Shown piece after piece: positions 13,420 through 27,271 of a stretch of DNA of 64,000 nucleotides (the stretch's first letter is position 1; each line of letters starts with the position of its first letter). Source of the stretch: Octopus vulgaris (Eukaryota). Where the stretch lies: assembly GCA_951406725.2 (NCBI GenBank), contig OX597834.1, positions 7,378,001 to 7,442,000 on the forward strand, given 5' to 3'. The notes below the pieces were generated by a model. That model did not search any database. It saw only the letters and a program-made list of their open reading frames with translations, and had not been told where the DNA came from. Both the position numbers and the translations under genes were made by a program.

Positions 13420-13800
13420 GCTTGTAGTTTTTGTCAGAGGGGGAAGGATAATGGACATGGCCCTTAATATTTTCATTCAGCTCGGGCTTGAAATAGTTCA
13501 ATTTTATATTTTGTTGTTTAATATGTGGTGCCATATCTAGTTTAGTTATTGCAGGCCTCCCAGTGCTTTTCGAATGCGGAAACCCTTTTGTGAGTTGATA
13601 ATGTGTGCGCCAAGATATTTGAAGTGTTTTACCCTCTTTACGATGTTGACGGATAGTGACCTCCATTTAAGCTCTAGTTGATCAAATTTTGATGAGTAGA
13701 GCTGAAACGTAGACATAAACAACTGGATGGTACATTCACCAGTCTCCTTTTAAGAGCACAAACCATACACTGGAGTGATCATACCACACCCATAACAAAT
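13420..13800 (-). pseudogene. RTE-like reverse transcriptase remnant
   Basis: VKRVKHFKYLGAHI and RIRKAL peptides. Confidence 0.55.
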
Positions 13801-13857
13801 ATATGGAAAGCTGAAGTCACTATGTATGCGTCTCTGTCAGAGATACCTAGAATTAGT

Positions 13858-14074
13858 TACTCTTACTCTTTTACTCTTTTACTTGTTTCGGTCATTTGAC
13901 TGCGGTCATGCTGGAGCACCGCCTTTAGTCGAGCAAATCGACCCCCGGGACTTATTCTTTTGTAAGCCCAGTACTTATTCTATCGGTCTCTTTTGCCGAA
14001 CCGCTAAGTAACGGGGACATAAGCACACCAGCATCGGTTGTCAAGCAATGCTAGGGGGAACAAACACAGACACA

Positions 14075-14148
<74 letters not shown>

Positions 14149-14318
14149 ATATATACGACAGGCTTCTTTCAGTTTCCGTCTACCAAATCCACTCACAAGG
14201 CATTGGTCGGCCCGGGGCTATAGCAGAAGACACTTGCCCAAGATGCCACGCAGTGGGACTGAACCCGGAACCATGTAGTTGGTAAGCAAGCTACTTACCA
14301 CACAGCCACTCCTGCGTC
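13858..14318 (-). mobile_element. SINE A
   Basis: Family match. Confidence 0.9.
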
Positions 14319-15237
14319 TAGTTGGTTATTTTTTATTTTATTTTATTTTTATTTTTTTATTTATCTAGGTTCAGTTCACGATCTGTGACCATGCTGGGGC
14401 ACCGCCATTAAAAAAGTCAATGGTCCCTACTAAGCACAGACCATAGTAGCTAAAGCCCATGCAGTAGAACAGTGTCTTCAAGTAAGTCAGTGTGAGAAGT
14501 ACACGTAAGCCTATGCTATCGTAATACAGCAGTATTACAAAAGCCTTAGAGTGCCTTTCGTAAATTAGAAGAGGTACACCAAGGGAAGATGAAAGAGGCT
14601 AAATCGGCTTAGCAGGAACGGACTTAGCAAACGGAAAGATAATTTCATCATACACTTATTGAGGCCGACAGGGTCTTCCAAAAACAAACTGGCTTTCGTA
14701 GGGATTTGGCTTCCTTAGTTATTGTGCATAACTCATAAATTGCCATCAATGATCTTGGAGTTGCGATGAAAGATCGAGAGGTGTGGAAATCGATCGAACT
14801 AGGAAACGCGACTGGTTGAGATTGGTTGTTCAGCCAGGTGGAAAAATGATGATGATGATATTTTCATGGCCTCTGATGCTGATAAGAAGAAAGGTCAATG
14901 TTATCGTTAAACTTCAGTCATTGCCCAAGTGTTTGCCAGAGTGGGAATAAATAAGATATGCAGAACCAAAGATCACGCAATTAATGGTAAACCCTAACCT
15001 CACTACCACCAGACCAACCACGAAATAATAAGGAGGGTATTGATAAAAATATGAGAAGGAAGAATGGGCATATGAGATAAAGTGGATATGAATAATTCAG
15101 TGAAAACAAGAATCGTAATTATCGTTGCTGCTGCTACTGCTGCCGCTGTTGCTGCTTTTGTCCTTGTTATTGTTGTTTAAGAGATATACCCTTCAATATT
15201 TACGGATGTGGGATGCACCACATTATTATTAAACCTA

Positions 15238-15900
15238 GGCGCAGGAGTGGCTGTGTGGTAAGTAGCTTGCTTACCTATTTCTTTATTACCCACAAGGGGC
15301 TAAACACAGAGGGGACAAACAAGGACAGACATAGGTATTAAGTCGATTACATCGACCCCAGTGCGTAACTGGTACTTAATTTATCGACCCCGAAAAGATG
15401 AAAGGCAAAGTCGACCTCGGCGGAATTTGAACTCACAACGTAACGCAGACGAAATACCGCTCAGCATTTCGCCCGGCGTGCTAACGTTTCTGCCAGTTCA
15501 CCGCTTACCAGCTTACCACCGCTCACAGCTCACCAGCTTACCAACCACATTGTTCCGGATTCAGTCCCACTGCATGGCACCTTGGGCAAGTGTCTTCTAC
15601 TATAGCCCCGGGCCGACCAAAGCCTTGTGAGTGGATTTGGTACACGGAAACTGAAAGAAGCCCGTCGTATATATGTATATATATATATGTTTGTGTTTCT
15701 GTGTTTGCTCCTCCCCTAACATCGCTTGACAACCGATGCTAGTGTGTTTACGTCCCCGTAATATAGCAGTTCGGCAAAAGGGACCGATAGAATAAGTACT
15801 AGGCTTACAAAAGAATAAGTCCTGGGGTCGATTTGCTCGACTAAAGGCGGTGCTCCAGCATGGCCACAGTCAAATGACTGAAACAAGTAAAAGGGAAAAG
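15238..15900 (+). mobile_element. SINE A with nested SINE B (15272-15504, minus strand)
   Basis: A head is broken after gcttacc and resumes at about 15536. Confidence 0.88.
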
Positions 15901-16157
15901 GGAAAGGGAATATATGCACACATATGTGCTTGTAGGTTCTGATGAGAGGGAGAGCATGCACCTGACAAAAAGCACATCAGTGATAATGCGAGTCCAACCC
16001 GACCGTTAAAAAAATCTAACGTAGAATCTTAATGATGATGACGAAGAATATTGTGATAATGATACATAGATACTCATGCACCTACAGATATATATGTATA
16101 CTCACATAATATATGTGTGTATGCATACATAGATACATACATACATATATACATACA

Positions 16158-16381
16158 GGCGGCGGGCTGGCAGAAACGTTAGCGCGCCGGGTGAAATGCT
16201 AAGCGGTATTTCGTCTGTCGTTACGTTCTGAGTTCAAATTCCGCCGAGGTCGACTTTGCCTTTCATCCTTTCGGGGTCGATAAATAAAGTACCAGTTACG
16301 CACTGGGGTCGATATAATCGACTTAATGTCTGTCCTTGTTTGTCTCCTCTGTGTTTAGCCCCTTGTGGGTAGTAAAGAAAT
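16158..16381 (+). mobile_element. SINE B
   Basis: Family match. Confidence 0.88.
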
Positions 16382-16576
16382 ATATATACATACACACCAA
16401 GTGAAAGTACAAAAGGCAAGATATCATTGTGTGGGATCACAAAAAAGATGATGTACTATTATGAAAATCAGTCGCCCTCTGGATGCGAATGGGGTTAGAA
16501 AAATATAAGAGAAAGATGATACCCTTTCAGTTTCAAACCTAATATTATTGAAGCATGCATTCATACATTCATCTTT

Positions 16577-16958
16577 GAAGCACTCCGTCGGTTACGACGA
16601 CGAGGGTTCCGGTTGATCCGATCAACGGAACAGCCTGCTCGTGAAATTAACGTGTAAGTGGCTGAGCATTCCACAGACACGTGTACCCTTAATGTAGTTC
16701 TCGGGGATATTCAGCGTGACACAGAGAGTGACAAGGCCGGCCCTTTGAAATACAGGTACAACAGAAACATGAAGTAAGAGTGAGAGAAAGTTGTGGTGAA
16801 AGAGTACAGCAGGGATCACCACCATCCCCTGCCGGAGCCTCGTGGAGCTTTTAGGTGTTTTCGCTCAATAAACACTCACAACGCCCGGTCTGGGAATCGA
16901 AACCGCGCTCCTATGACCGCGAGTCCGCTGCCCTAACCACTGGGCCATTGCGCATCCA
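16577..16958 (-). mobile_element. SINE C
   Basis: Family match. Confidence 0.9.
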
Positions 16959-17098
16959 CTCATTCGTCTTACACACAAGAAGAAATCATTTACGTTCAGG
17001 CCGAGGCTTCCTCTAGAATTCGCAAATAATTTCACCAGAACCAAAGGAGTCATCAAAAGTATCACAGAAATATACGAACTCAGACAATCAGACATACA

Positions 17099-17140
<42 letters not shown>

Positions 17141-17266
17141 AGCACACACACATATATAAGCACACACACACACATATAAGCACACACACACACATATAAG
17201 GACACACACACATATAAGCACACACACACACACACACGCACAAATATATGTATATACACCATTATA

Positions 17267-17676
17267 GGCGCAGGAGTGGCTGTGTGGTAAGTAGCTTGCT
17301 AACCAACCACATGGTTGCGGGTTCAGTCCCACTGCGTGGCATCTTGGACAAGTGACTTCTACTATAGCCCCGGGCCGACCAATGACTTGTGAGTGGATTT
17401 GGTAGACGGAAACTGAAAGAAGACTGTCGTATATATGTATATATATATGTATATATGTGTATGTGTGTGTGTTTGTCCACCTAACATTGCTTGACAACCG
17501 ATGCTGGTGTGTTTACGTCCCCGTCACTTAGCGGTTCGGCAAAAAGAGACCGATGGAATAAGTACTGGGCTTACAAGGAATAAGTCCCGGGGTGGATTGA
17601 TCGACTAAAGGCGGTGCTCCAGCATGGCCACAGTCAAATGACTGAAACAAGTAAAAGAGTAAAAGAGTAAAGAGTA
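17267..17676 (+). mobile_element. SINE A
   Basis: Family match. Confidence 0.9.
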
Positions 17677-18074
17677 TTACATTCCGCTATGGTCGACAAC
17701 ATTTATCGTAGGTAAAGTTTAATGAGATCGAACCCGGAACCATGTGAGAGCGATGTTAGTTTCTCCAAATAGTATAATATACCTGATTTCTATGCAGAAA
17801 TCTATAGAAATAATCAAATTACTGTAAACACTGCAGTTGATATCTGCGCCAACGAGCCAACTGCTCTGAATATAAAAAAAAAAAAAATACTACAAGATAA
17901 TCAATTAGACAAGTATCTCACACAATCTAAAATAATTACGGAAGAAATCTATAAAACTCTCGTTATTGAAATTAATTAACTTTGAAATAGCAAAGTATTC
18001 ATGCAAACTATGAAAACAAGGAAGTGTAATGAAGAAGTAGGACTGTTAAGTTTGATTAATTGTACAATGTTTAT

Positions 18075-18120
<46 letters not shown>

Positions 18121-18300
18121 CTGTGTGTATGTATATATGTATGTGAGTTTACATATGAGTATGTATGTAATAAATACATGTAAATATGTAAATATATGTA
18201 TTTATATATATCTATATGTATGGATACACACACATATATACACAGCTATGTACAAATATAAATACACACAGATATGTATATATACATATGCATATGCATT

Positions 18301-18369
<69 letters not shown>

Positions 18370-18438
18370 TCAGACGCACACATATATATGTATATTAATA
18401 TATATATGTATATATATATACTATGTTTTTATAGATAC

Positions 18439-18469
<31 letters not shown>

Positions 18470-18703
18470 AACATAGTATATATATACATATATATATACA
18501 TATATATATATACTATGTGTATATATATATACTTATGTATATATACACAGACATATATATATATCTATATTTCTACCTTTATACACACCTAAACACAAGA
18601 TATATACAGGTATATCCGTATATTTGCATATATATGCGTGTGTGTGCATGTGCGCGTGTTTCAGTGTGTGTGTGTTTGAGATCTGTGTAAGTGTTGTGAG
18701 TGT

Positions 18704-18739
<36 letters not shown>

Positions 18740-18939
18740 TACATAGTTGCGTATTTAAACACACATCTTATTGTCAGAAATGTTCTCCGAGACCAACTCC
18801 TGCAGTGAATGTCATTCGTGATCAATTGTGAAGCAACATGTTCAAAAAAATATATCCGACATTATTTTTATCTTCTCAGCTTCCTGTCCTCATGTTAGAT
18901 TGGTTTGCTTGAATACACAGATGCAACTACTATACTTTT

Positions 18940-19410
18940 CCTACATACAACATAACTTCATGCCTAGCTCCAAATGACCTAGGTGTTATATGTCACTGAG
19001 GAGTTGAAATACACCGAAACTCCGCGTATCCTTGTTCGCTGACACCATTTGAAACCTCTTGTATATTTGCACGAATTTTCTATAGAGAAATTTGATAACT
19101 GAGGCAAAAGCACACCGCAAATTACATCCAAGGCTGTCTCCAATTGACCTAAGTGATATGTACCACTGAAGAGGCATTAGTACATCAAAACACTGTGCCT
19201 ATTGTTTCGCTGGCTTTGTTTGAAACTGCTTGCGTATTTACACAAATGTCCTATCATCTCGCAGAAAATTGCAGTCATGCCTGTCTACAAATAAACTAAT
19301 GATATGCACTTCTGAAGAGGCGAAAGTATGCCGAGACACCGTATTTAGTTGTTCGCTGGCATTGCTTGAAACTTCCTGTGTATTTCTAGAAATTTGCTTA
19401 CCGTGGCAAA
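18940..19410 (+). repeat. Three degenerate tandem units (150-170 bp) with HHR-core-like motifs
   Basis: ctga(a/g)gag...(g/a)a(a/g)ac...ttcgctg...ttgaaac...tattt repeated at about 18996, 19166 and 19312. Confidence 0.6.
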
Positions 19411-19625
19411 AGGAAGCAGCAATTTGTTTTTACGAATTAGTTTGAAGGAAAATGTTATGAATAAATTAATGATCAATGTTTTTTGTTCACGCTTCTTCGT
19501 GTGCTTCTTACCGAATATACATACATACATATATGGAGAGATAGTTCAAATGTATATGTAGATAGATAGACAGACAGATAGGTAGACATGTACGTAGATA
19601 GATAAATAGATAGATAGACAGATAG

Positions 19626-19656
<31 letters not shown>

Positions 19657-19969
19657 GACAGATAGATAGATAGATAGATATATAAATAGATAGATATGAG
19701 TGTGCTTATGTGGAAAAGTAAAAGAATTTAGAAGGTATGCAGACAGTTTCTTATGATGACGTTCCAAATCCAGAGAAGTCATGTAAGTCTCACACCCATC
19801 ATCAGGAAGAAAAAATTGTTATTGTCCCGTTTAACTGCTCAATGTTATGTGCTGGGCAAATGAGAGATTTTCTGTTAATTATATTGCTTGAATTTCATTA
19901 ATGCATTAGCACTTTAATGATTTGATGTTTTGATAGATAAATACACGCACACACACACACTCACACGCA

Positions 19970-20040
<71 letters not shown>

Positions 20041-20073
20041 GTGCATATATGTTGAAACAATATATATATTGAA

Positions 20074-20305
20074 GGCGGCGAGCTGGCAGAAACGTTAGCA
20101 CGCCGGGCGAACTGCGTAGCCGTATTTCGTCTGCCGTTAAGTGTTCTGGGTTCAAATTCCGCCGAGGTCGACTTTGCCTTTCATCCTTTCGGGGTCGATA
20201 AATTAAGTACCAGTTACGCACTGGGGTCGATGTAATCGACTTAATCCCTTTGTCTGTCCTTGTTTGTCCCCTCTGTGTTTAGCCCCTTGTGGGTAGTAAA
20301 GAAAT
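20074..20305 (+). mobile_element. SINE B
   Basis: Family match; flanking duplication atatatgttgaaacaat. Confidence 0.9.
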
Positions 20306-20711
20306 ATATATGTTGAAACAATTGAATTTAAAAAGTTGATAAAATAGAATAATGAAAAATGAAGCTGAAAATAGAGAGTAAAGTGTATTGCGAGAGACAA
20401 ATACAAATTTTGTAACTTCGAAGTTTTCTTCTCACATTCAATTTTTTCAGGTAACTTAACCGAAAATTATTCAGATAATGGGGAATGCATTCTTGTACAA
20501 ACTTTTGTTAATCCTCGTTTAATCCAATCTCTCGTCCATGATCTTTAGCATATCGTTCCAGAATAGAACTGAAAGATGGTGTTCAACCCAAATTGTACAT
20601 GCGACTGTCATCTAATGGTTTTATAACGAGACACGTTCCGCTTACACAATGCAAACAAGAAATATTCCCTGCACTTTCAATTATTTGGGAATTGGGGAGT
20701 AATGTGCGACG

Positions 20712-20941
20712 GTAGCTGGCAGAAACGTTAGCACGCTGGGCGAAATGCCTAGCAGTATTTCGTCTGCCGTTACGTTCTGAGTTCAAATTCCGTCGAGGTC
20801 GACTTTGCCTTTCATCCTTTCGGAGTCGATAAATTAAGTACCAGTTACGCACTGGTGTCGATGTAATCGGCTTAATCCGTTTGTCTGTCCTTGTTTGTCC
20901 TCTCTGTATTTAGCCCCTTGTGGGCAGTAAAGAAATAGGTA
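20712..20941 (+). mobile_element. SINE B
   Basis: Family match. Confidence 0.88.
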
Positions 20942-20951
20942 GCTTGTCATA

Positions 20952-21843
20952 TACGAGGGGTTACCCAAAAGTAACCGGAAACGTTCCCTCTGAGACAAGC
21001 CCGTTGTAGTTTAGGCTTCCGTCACGAGAAGCCACTTGATGCGACCTTCAGGCATTAGTCTACCGACCGGCGTTGTTCGGGGTGGTCACGCTGCCACGTG
21101 GTACATCTGTATTTTGCAGTGTTTCTCCCCTGTTCGTCGATTTTTGCGATAGATGAAATGAAGGAACAACATGCTTCTGAGAATCTGTTTTCTGCTAGAG
21201 GAAACGTCGGCCGAAACAGTTGTCATGCTTCAAACAGCTTACAAGGACGGTACCATGAGTAAAACATTAGTTTATGCGTGGTTTCCATGCTTTAGGAATG
21301 GTCAAGAAGACTAAAACCTCGTTCAGAGCGACCGTCGACCCCACGAACGAATAAAAACATAAAAATTCATGAAGGTGTCTTGGAGAACCGTCACCAAACA
21401 CTTGACGACTTGTTAAAATTATTGGTGTGTCCTGGTGCTTCTGCCAACGAATTTTGAGTGAAGAATTAAGAATGAAAAAGAGTTGCAGCTAAATTTACGC
21501 CTCGCTTACTCACGGAATATTACTAGCAGTCTCAACTGAATGCCTGTCGTGAACTGAAAGTTGATCTGGATCTGTTTTCGAAGGTCATCCCTGGTAACGA
21601 AAGCCGATGCTATGGAATTTGCAGATATGGAAGTGGTGAAGGTAAAAACAAAATGATGGAGGCGTTAAAAGGCATCACTTCACAAAAGTTTCGACATTGC
21701 TTCGAACTTTAGAAAACGCGTCAGGACCGATGCATTTGCTTCAAATGGGGAATACTTTGAAGATGATAAAAGTATAAACATGTAGACCTAAGTGAATGAA
21801 ATAGCATTGCAAAATTCTGGTTTCTCTTGGGTAACCTGCTGTA
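20952..21843 (+). mobile_element. Internally deleted mariner transposon
   Basis: TIRs tacgaggggttacccaaaagtaaccggaa / ttctggtttctcttgggtaacc; peptides SAETVVMLQTAYKD, QRILSEEL, RVAAKFTPRLLT, SNGEYFE. Confidence 0.85.
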
Positions 21844-21957
21844 ATATTGGGTACCCTGCTGCAATAAGGGCCATTCTCGATTTTGCGCTTGCTTACAAAC
21901 ATGATAACAGCTGCAAAAAAGCTGAGTTTTCTGTTTTATTTAACCGAAATAATATGA

Positions 21958-22110
21958 GAGTGGCTGTGTGGTAAGGAGCTAGTTTACCAACCACATGGTT
22001 CCGGTTTCAGTCCCACTGCATGACACCTTGAGCAAGTGTCTTCTGCTATAGCCTCGGGCCAGCCAAAGCCTTGTGAGTGGATTTGGTAGACGGAAAGTGA
22101 AAGAAGCCCG

Positions 22111-22157
<47 letters not shown>

Positions 22158-22378
22158 TGTGTGTGTTTGTGTGTCTGTTTTTCCCCCTCCCTAGCATTGC
22201 TTGACAACCGATGCTGGTGTGTTTATGTTCCCGTTACCTAGTGGTTCGGCAAAAGAGACCGATAGAATAAGTACTGGGCTTGCAAAAGAATAAGTCCCGG
22301 GGTCGAGTTGCTCGATTAAAGGCGGTGCTCCAGCATGGCCGCAGTCAAATGACTGAAACAAGTAAAAGAGTAAAAGAG
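21958..22378 (+). mobile_element. SINE A
   Basis: Family match. Confidence 0.88.
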
Positions 22379-23118
22379 AGAGAGAGTAATCATAATCTAA
22401 TGGAAGCACTTTCAATTCAAGGACTGATTTTCATGTAATTATTTGCATCAACCGAAATATTCTATAAGTAAATTTTCCAAAACGTTCCACCACTGGAAAT
22501 GACATTGCTAATTTCCTCACTGTTTATGTACATGATGTATGACTTTCCGAATGCAGAACAATATCTGACCAGACTATTTATGTCGGTGATTTATGATTTT
22601 ATGAATACAGAGCGATTTCTGACCAACGTTTGGAAGTTATGGCTATTTTTTTCTCACTATTTGTAACTCGTTTTTTAACATTCTAAACTTTTTTCTTTAA
22701 TACTTTTTCCTTCTCTGCATTTTTTTTTCTAATGTGGTAAGCGTGAATGGAGCTTTGTAAATAGACGGAAATATCTGCATCTAATATGATCGAATTATAA
22801 ACGTTATTTGTTGAATTTTTATTCGTTCGTTCTTTAATCAGCTCATTGCATCTGCATGTATTTATTTCAACGAATATTTTTTCAATTTATCTTTACATAC
22901 GCAGCCAAATAAGTGCTTCGTTCTTTTGGTTCTGCTATCTGACGGCTTCATCTTTCACTCAACAATTCCAATTGAATTGTTAAGTACGTGAAACTCAGAA
23001 TCATGGAATTTACCCTTTCCTGGTCGCTCACTACTAATCGTGAAAACCTATAATTACTTAAAAAACGTAAACGGTACATTACCGCTATCAAGTTCATCAG
23101 TTTATATAGGATCATCTA

Positions 23119-23349
23119 AGGCGGCGAGCTGGCAGAAACGTTAGCACGCCGGGCGAAATGTGTAGCCGTAATTCGTCTGTCGTTACGTTCCGAGTTCAAA
23201 TTTCGCCGAGGTCAACTTTGCCTTTCATCCTTTCGGGGTCGATAAATTAAGTACCAGTTACACTCTGGGGTCGATGTAATCGACTTAATCCGTTTGTCTG
23301 TCCTTGTTTGTTCCCTCTGTGTTTAGCCCCTTGTGGGTAGTAAAGAAAT
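23119..23349 (+). mobile_element. SINE B
   Basis: Family match. Confidence 0.9.
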
Positions 23350-23687
23350 ATATATAGGAGCATCTGAAATGCTCAAGGGCGCCGACAGTTTCTCTAGGCC
23401 AGAAGAGTAAGTACACACACGCGTACACGCACACATACACACACATATGCGCACACACATTTAATGTAACGTCACACACCCATCTTCTCATTGCTACCCC
23501 GTAATTGTAGGAATTTATTTCGTGCGACGTCTCTTTCTTTCTCGTGTTCTCCCTCTATCTCCCCTTCACTCTCTCACCACTCTCTGCTGCTTTTTTGATC
23601 TCGGTTCGTTTTCGTCACTGACTTCCGTCTTCGCTCATTCTTCCCAGCAGGTTTTTTTGCTGTTGACGCTACAAACAATGCACAGTA

Positions 23688-24034
23688 TCTCTCTATATAT
23701 AAACGGCAAAATCTGTGTGTGTGTGTGTGTGTGTGTCCTTTATACAAATCCACAATTTTTCAGATAGAGAGCTCGCACTTTCTATGGTCATTCAAAACCG
23801 TCCAAGGGTAGTCGTGTACAGCTTTACATTAAAAAATCAATAGAAGTGACTTTTTTGTGAATTTTCTTTCCAAAACACAATCAAAACGCCCGAAACTTGA
23901 TACGCCAATTGAATGCCATCTAGCTGTATGTGATTGGTCGGAGATTTGGACAGTACTCGCGTGTGTGCACACACGCGCAGCTGTATATGCATGCATTAGC
24001 ACTAAAACCCGGTGTGGCCGGGTCATAGTACTAG
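23688..24034 (+). mobile_element. Non-autonomous Helitron
   Basis: A|TC 5' end, subterminal hairpin acccgg-tgtgg-ccgggt, CTAG|T 3' end. Confidence 0.8.
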
Positions 24035-24128
24035 TTATTGTTAAAAGTGTGAAATCGTGATGATTTTTGGGATGACGACTGAAGAGGAAAGGTCGTATCC
24101 ATATCTTGTGTTTGAAGTTTTGAAATTT

Positions 24129-24209
<81 letters not shown>

Positions 24210-24458
24210 TTATTGACCGAGGTTACCGCGGTCTTCTCCGTTGGCTTTTCTTTCCACGGATAAACCTTATCTGCTTCCTCCTTTACACTTTACATCATGA
24301 CGTTTCTCTGATACACGATCCCTATTGATCGTTTTCTTCTTTTCTTTCCCTTTTACGATCCCTTTTGATCGACCCCCCCCGTTTTTTCTCTCCCCCAAAA
24401 GAAAAGCTCTACTTTGTAATCTGTCCCGTCTGTGTGCAGCCCTGTGAGGCTAATAAAG

Positions 24459-24523
<65 letters not shown>

Positions 24524-24559
24524 TGCACAGACGTAAAACGTGACACAATTTCCCGCAAC

Positions 24560-24790
24560 CATTTATGATGTATTATCAACTTCAAAAAAGTGATTCGACA
24601 TCGTGCACAGGAATCTCAATCGATGTATCGTTGCTTTATTGAAAATGCCTTCCCGTTATATCAGCGTTATGTAATCACTTTACCGGATAACAAGTTGCTG
24701 GTTCTGAAAACAAAAGTATGAATATTTCGGAATTCCACATCATCACTGGGGTGTGCCAGGGATGTACAGTGACTGCCTTGTTATTCTTTC
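24560..24790 (+). pseudogene. Non-LTR reverse transcriptase remnant
   Basis: INFKKxFDIVHR and TGVCQGC motifs, frameshifted. Confidence 0.55.
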
Positions 24791-24814
24791 GGTGGGGGAC
24801 AAATTAGAAAAGGT

Positions 24815-25175
24815 AGCTTTGGTGTTGGAGAAGACTTTTACGGATTCCATTGACAGCGAGGCTCACGAATGGAGAAGTTCTTAAGCAGATCAAGCCGAAA
24901 ATGTCGCTAGAAACTAGGATCACCAAGCGTTAATTGGCATATTTCGGTCATATTATGCGGAGAAAATCCCTGGAGAAGGACATCATGCTCGGAATGGTCA
25001 GTGGCAAGAGAGGAAGCGGCCGACCAAGAACCCGCTGGCTTGACACCATCAGGAGTGATACCGGAATGGACATGGCCAATCTGAAAGAAGCGGCCCAGGA
25101 TAGAACTGACTGGAGGATACTGGTTCAGCGAGTAACTGAGAGTCGACTTCGACTGAGCGGATAGAGATAGATAGA
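24815..25175 (+). mobile_element. RTE (BovB-like) LINE 3' end
   Basis: LWCWRRLLRIP...YFGHIMRR..LEKDIMLG...GRPRTRWLD...DRTDWR. Confidence 0.9.
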
Positions 25176-25855
25176 AAGTTATAATATATATGATATAAAG
25201 AACGGGATAGATTAGGCTTTTCACTAAAGATATATCGTCATCAAAAACAATAACAACAGCGTTAATGAAAATAAAGTATACGCGAAACCCATCTAGCAGG
25301 AGATTTAATCGTTCAATTGCTTCTCTTTCAGAAACCTTACGGAAAACTGTGGCAATCGTAGCTGTAGTAATGGAAGGCGGTTATCTCAACAAGCAACAAG
25401 CATTATAAAGCCTATTCTTTTGCGTGTGTCAGTTAGATTTGAAATAGTCTCTCCTGGAAATCGGTGACAATGGCTTGAACTTGATTAATTGGGGATTATC
25501 TCTAGCGACCACAATAGGTCAGCATATCTACTTACGGACAACGTAGACAGCTGCAGTATGTACAATTTGTCATGGATCCAGTTCTATCATTATTGACTGA
25601 GTCTTGCATCTCGAAGTTGCTATATATGAGTCCTTACTTAATTCGTCTCGGCTGTGTTCTAACAGAGAGCAGTCTCTCAGATTGCATCTTAGCAAACATA
25701 TTCATTGCACACTAGCTAACTAGAGTTTCACACATCGCCCGGTTCAGGAATCGAAACCACTTTTTTATGATCATGAGTGTAACATCTTAACTGCTAAGCC
25801 TATAATCAACTACACACTCATACACAAACAAGCGCAGATGAAAACTAACATACTC

Positions 25856-25932
<77 letters not shown>

Positions 25933-25967
25933 ATATATTCATAAGATACATATATAGTTATTGAGGC

Positions 25968-26077
25968 CGGTTACTGATGAGAATTCGCCTGGTGAATGAT
26001 ATTGTTTTGCTAAATTACCTATTAAAGGATGGCAAATAATCTTATTTGTAAAGAAATTCGAAACCATGGTATAACCG
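25968..26077 (+). ncRNA. Type I hammerhead ribozyme with intact core
   Basis: cggtta-CTGATGA-gaatt...aattc-GAAA-ccatgg-TA-taaccg. Confidence 0.85.
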
Positions 26078-26248
26078 CTAATAAAAATAACAAGGTAAAA
26101 GATTTTATTTTTCATTTACTTCGAAAATTGCTATTACATCGTGGTTTTGACCGGTTGGTTGCTTTTTCTAGCATGTAAAAATTACCTGTTAAAGAGTAGT
26201 TTTCTTTTGCGTTTAAATGCGCACTATTTTAATATATGTATATATATG

Positions 26249-26303
<55 letters not shown>

Positions 26304-26487
26304 CAGATGGTTTGGAGATGATGTACAGTTATTTTATATTAGAAGAAATGAGGTACTCAGAAATTCGGATGGTTTTATATTTACAGATATTTATTTGTAT
26401 ATTAACATTAGCGCTTTCGTCCATTCTGGTGGATTTTTCAAATTGCATCCATACTGGTGGACTTTTCAAATATATATATATATGACA

Positions 26488-26518
<31 letters not shown>

Positions 26519-27271
26519 GTATGTGTGTGTGTAGGTATGTATGGGAAAGAGGTTGAGAGAGACTGATATATAGATACGAATTTAGATATACGTATATTTG
26601 TGTGTGTGTATGTGTGTGTGGTTGTATGGTCAACTTAACGTCTAATGTTGGGTAGCCTCTTAATAAATAGTTAAAAGGATTGACACTTGAGAACATATGA
26701 ATAGAGTGCAATTGCTGTCTACATTGATTTTAGTTGTCATTTGTTATATTTGATAACCAAGATATTTTTATTATCGCAACGTTTATTCATACACTTATCG
26801 AAAAACACAAAAGTATATTTGCATTGTTGAATTGTGTGTATTAAGTTGCTTCTAATACGGCAGCTATTTCAGTCAGAGGGAAATTGTAATGATTCGATTT
26901 TTGCATCTGTGCTCACGCCGTGCAAAAACACTGGCGCAGCAGATTGGTGCGAATATATGCAGGTAAATGTACATAATATATACGTTAATAGTGAACAATG
27001 AGAATGAGTGTTCAACACTCAAATCCCCTACTAAACAAGGTTTTTGAAAATAGTCTCTGTCTGTACACCTACATAATTCCCACCCAATACCGAAAGCTGA
27101 ACAGTTATCTCCCTTACCCAAAATACCCAAAACAATAGCAATAATAACGACAGCCAATTACCTCCCTTTATTTATCTAATTGTGAAGTCATTCACTCGTG
27201 AATTTCATCACACACAACATGGACCAAATTTCTTCGTAAGGAAAAATATTTATTCAAGTAAGTAAAACATA

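Noticed and set aside
13470-13510. NYFKPELN resembling a PLE C-terminus
   Set aside because: Lies within an RTE-like RT remnant; likely coincidental
19740-19812. CTGATGA...GAAAC on the minus strand
   Set aside because: Stems I and II do not close convincingly
24073-24100. acga-CTGAAGA-g-GAAA-gg-tcgt
   Set aside because: No stem II or stem III; likely chance
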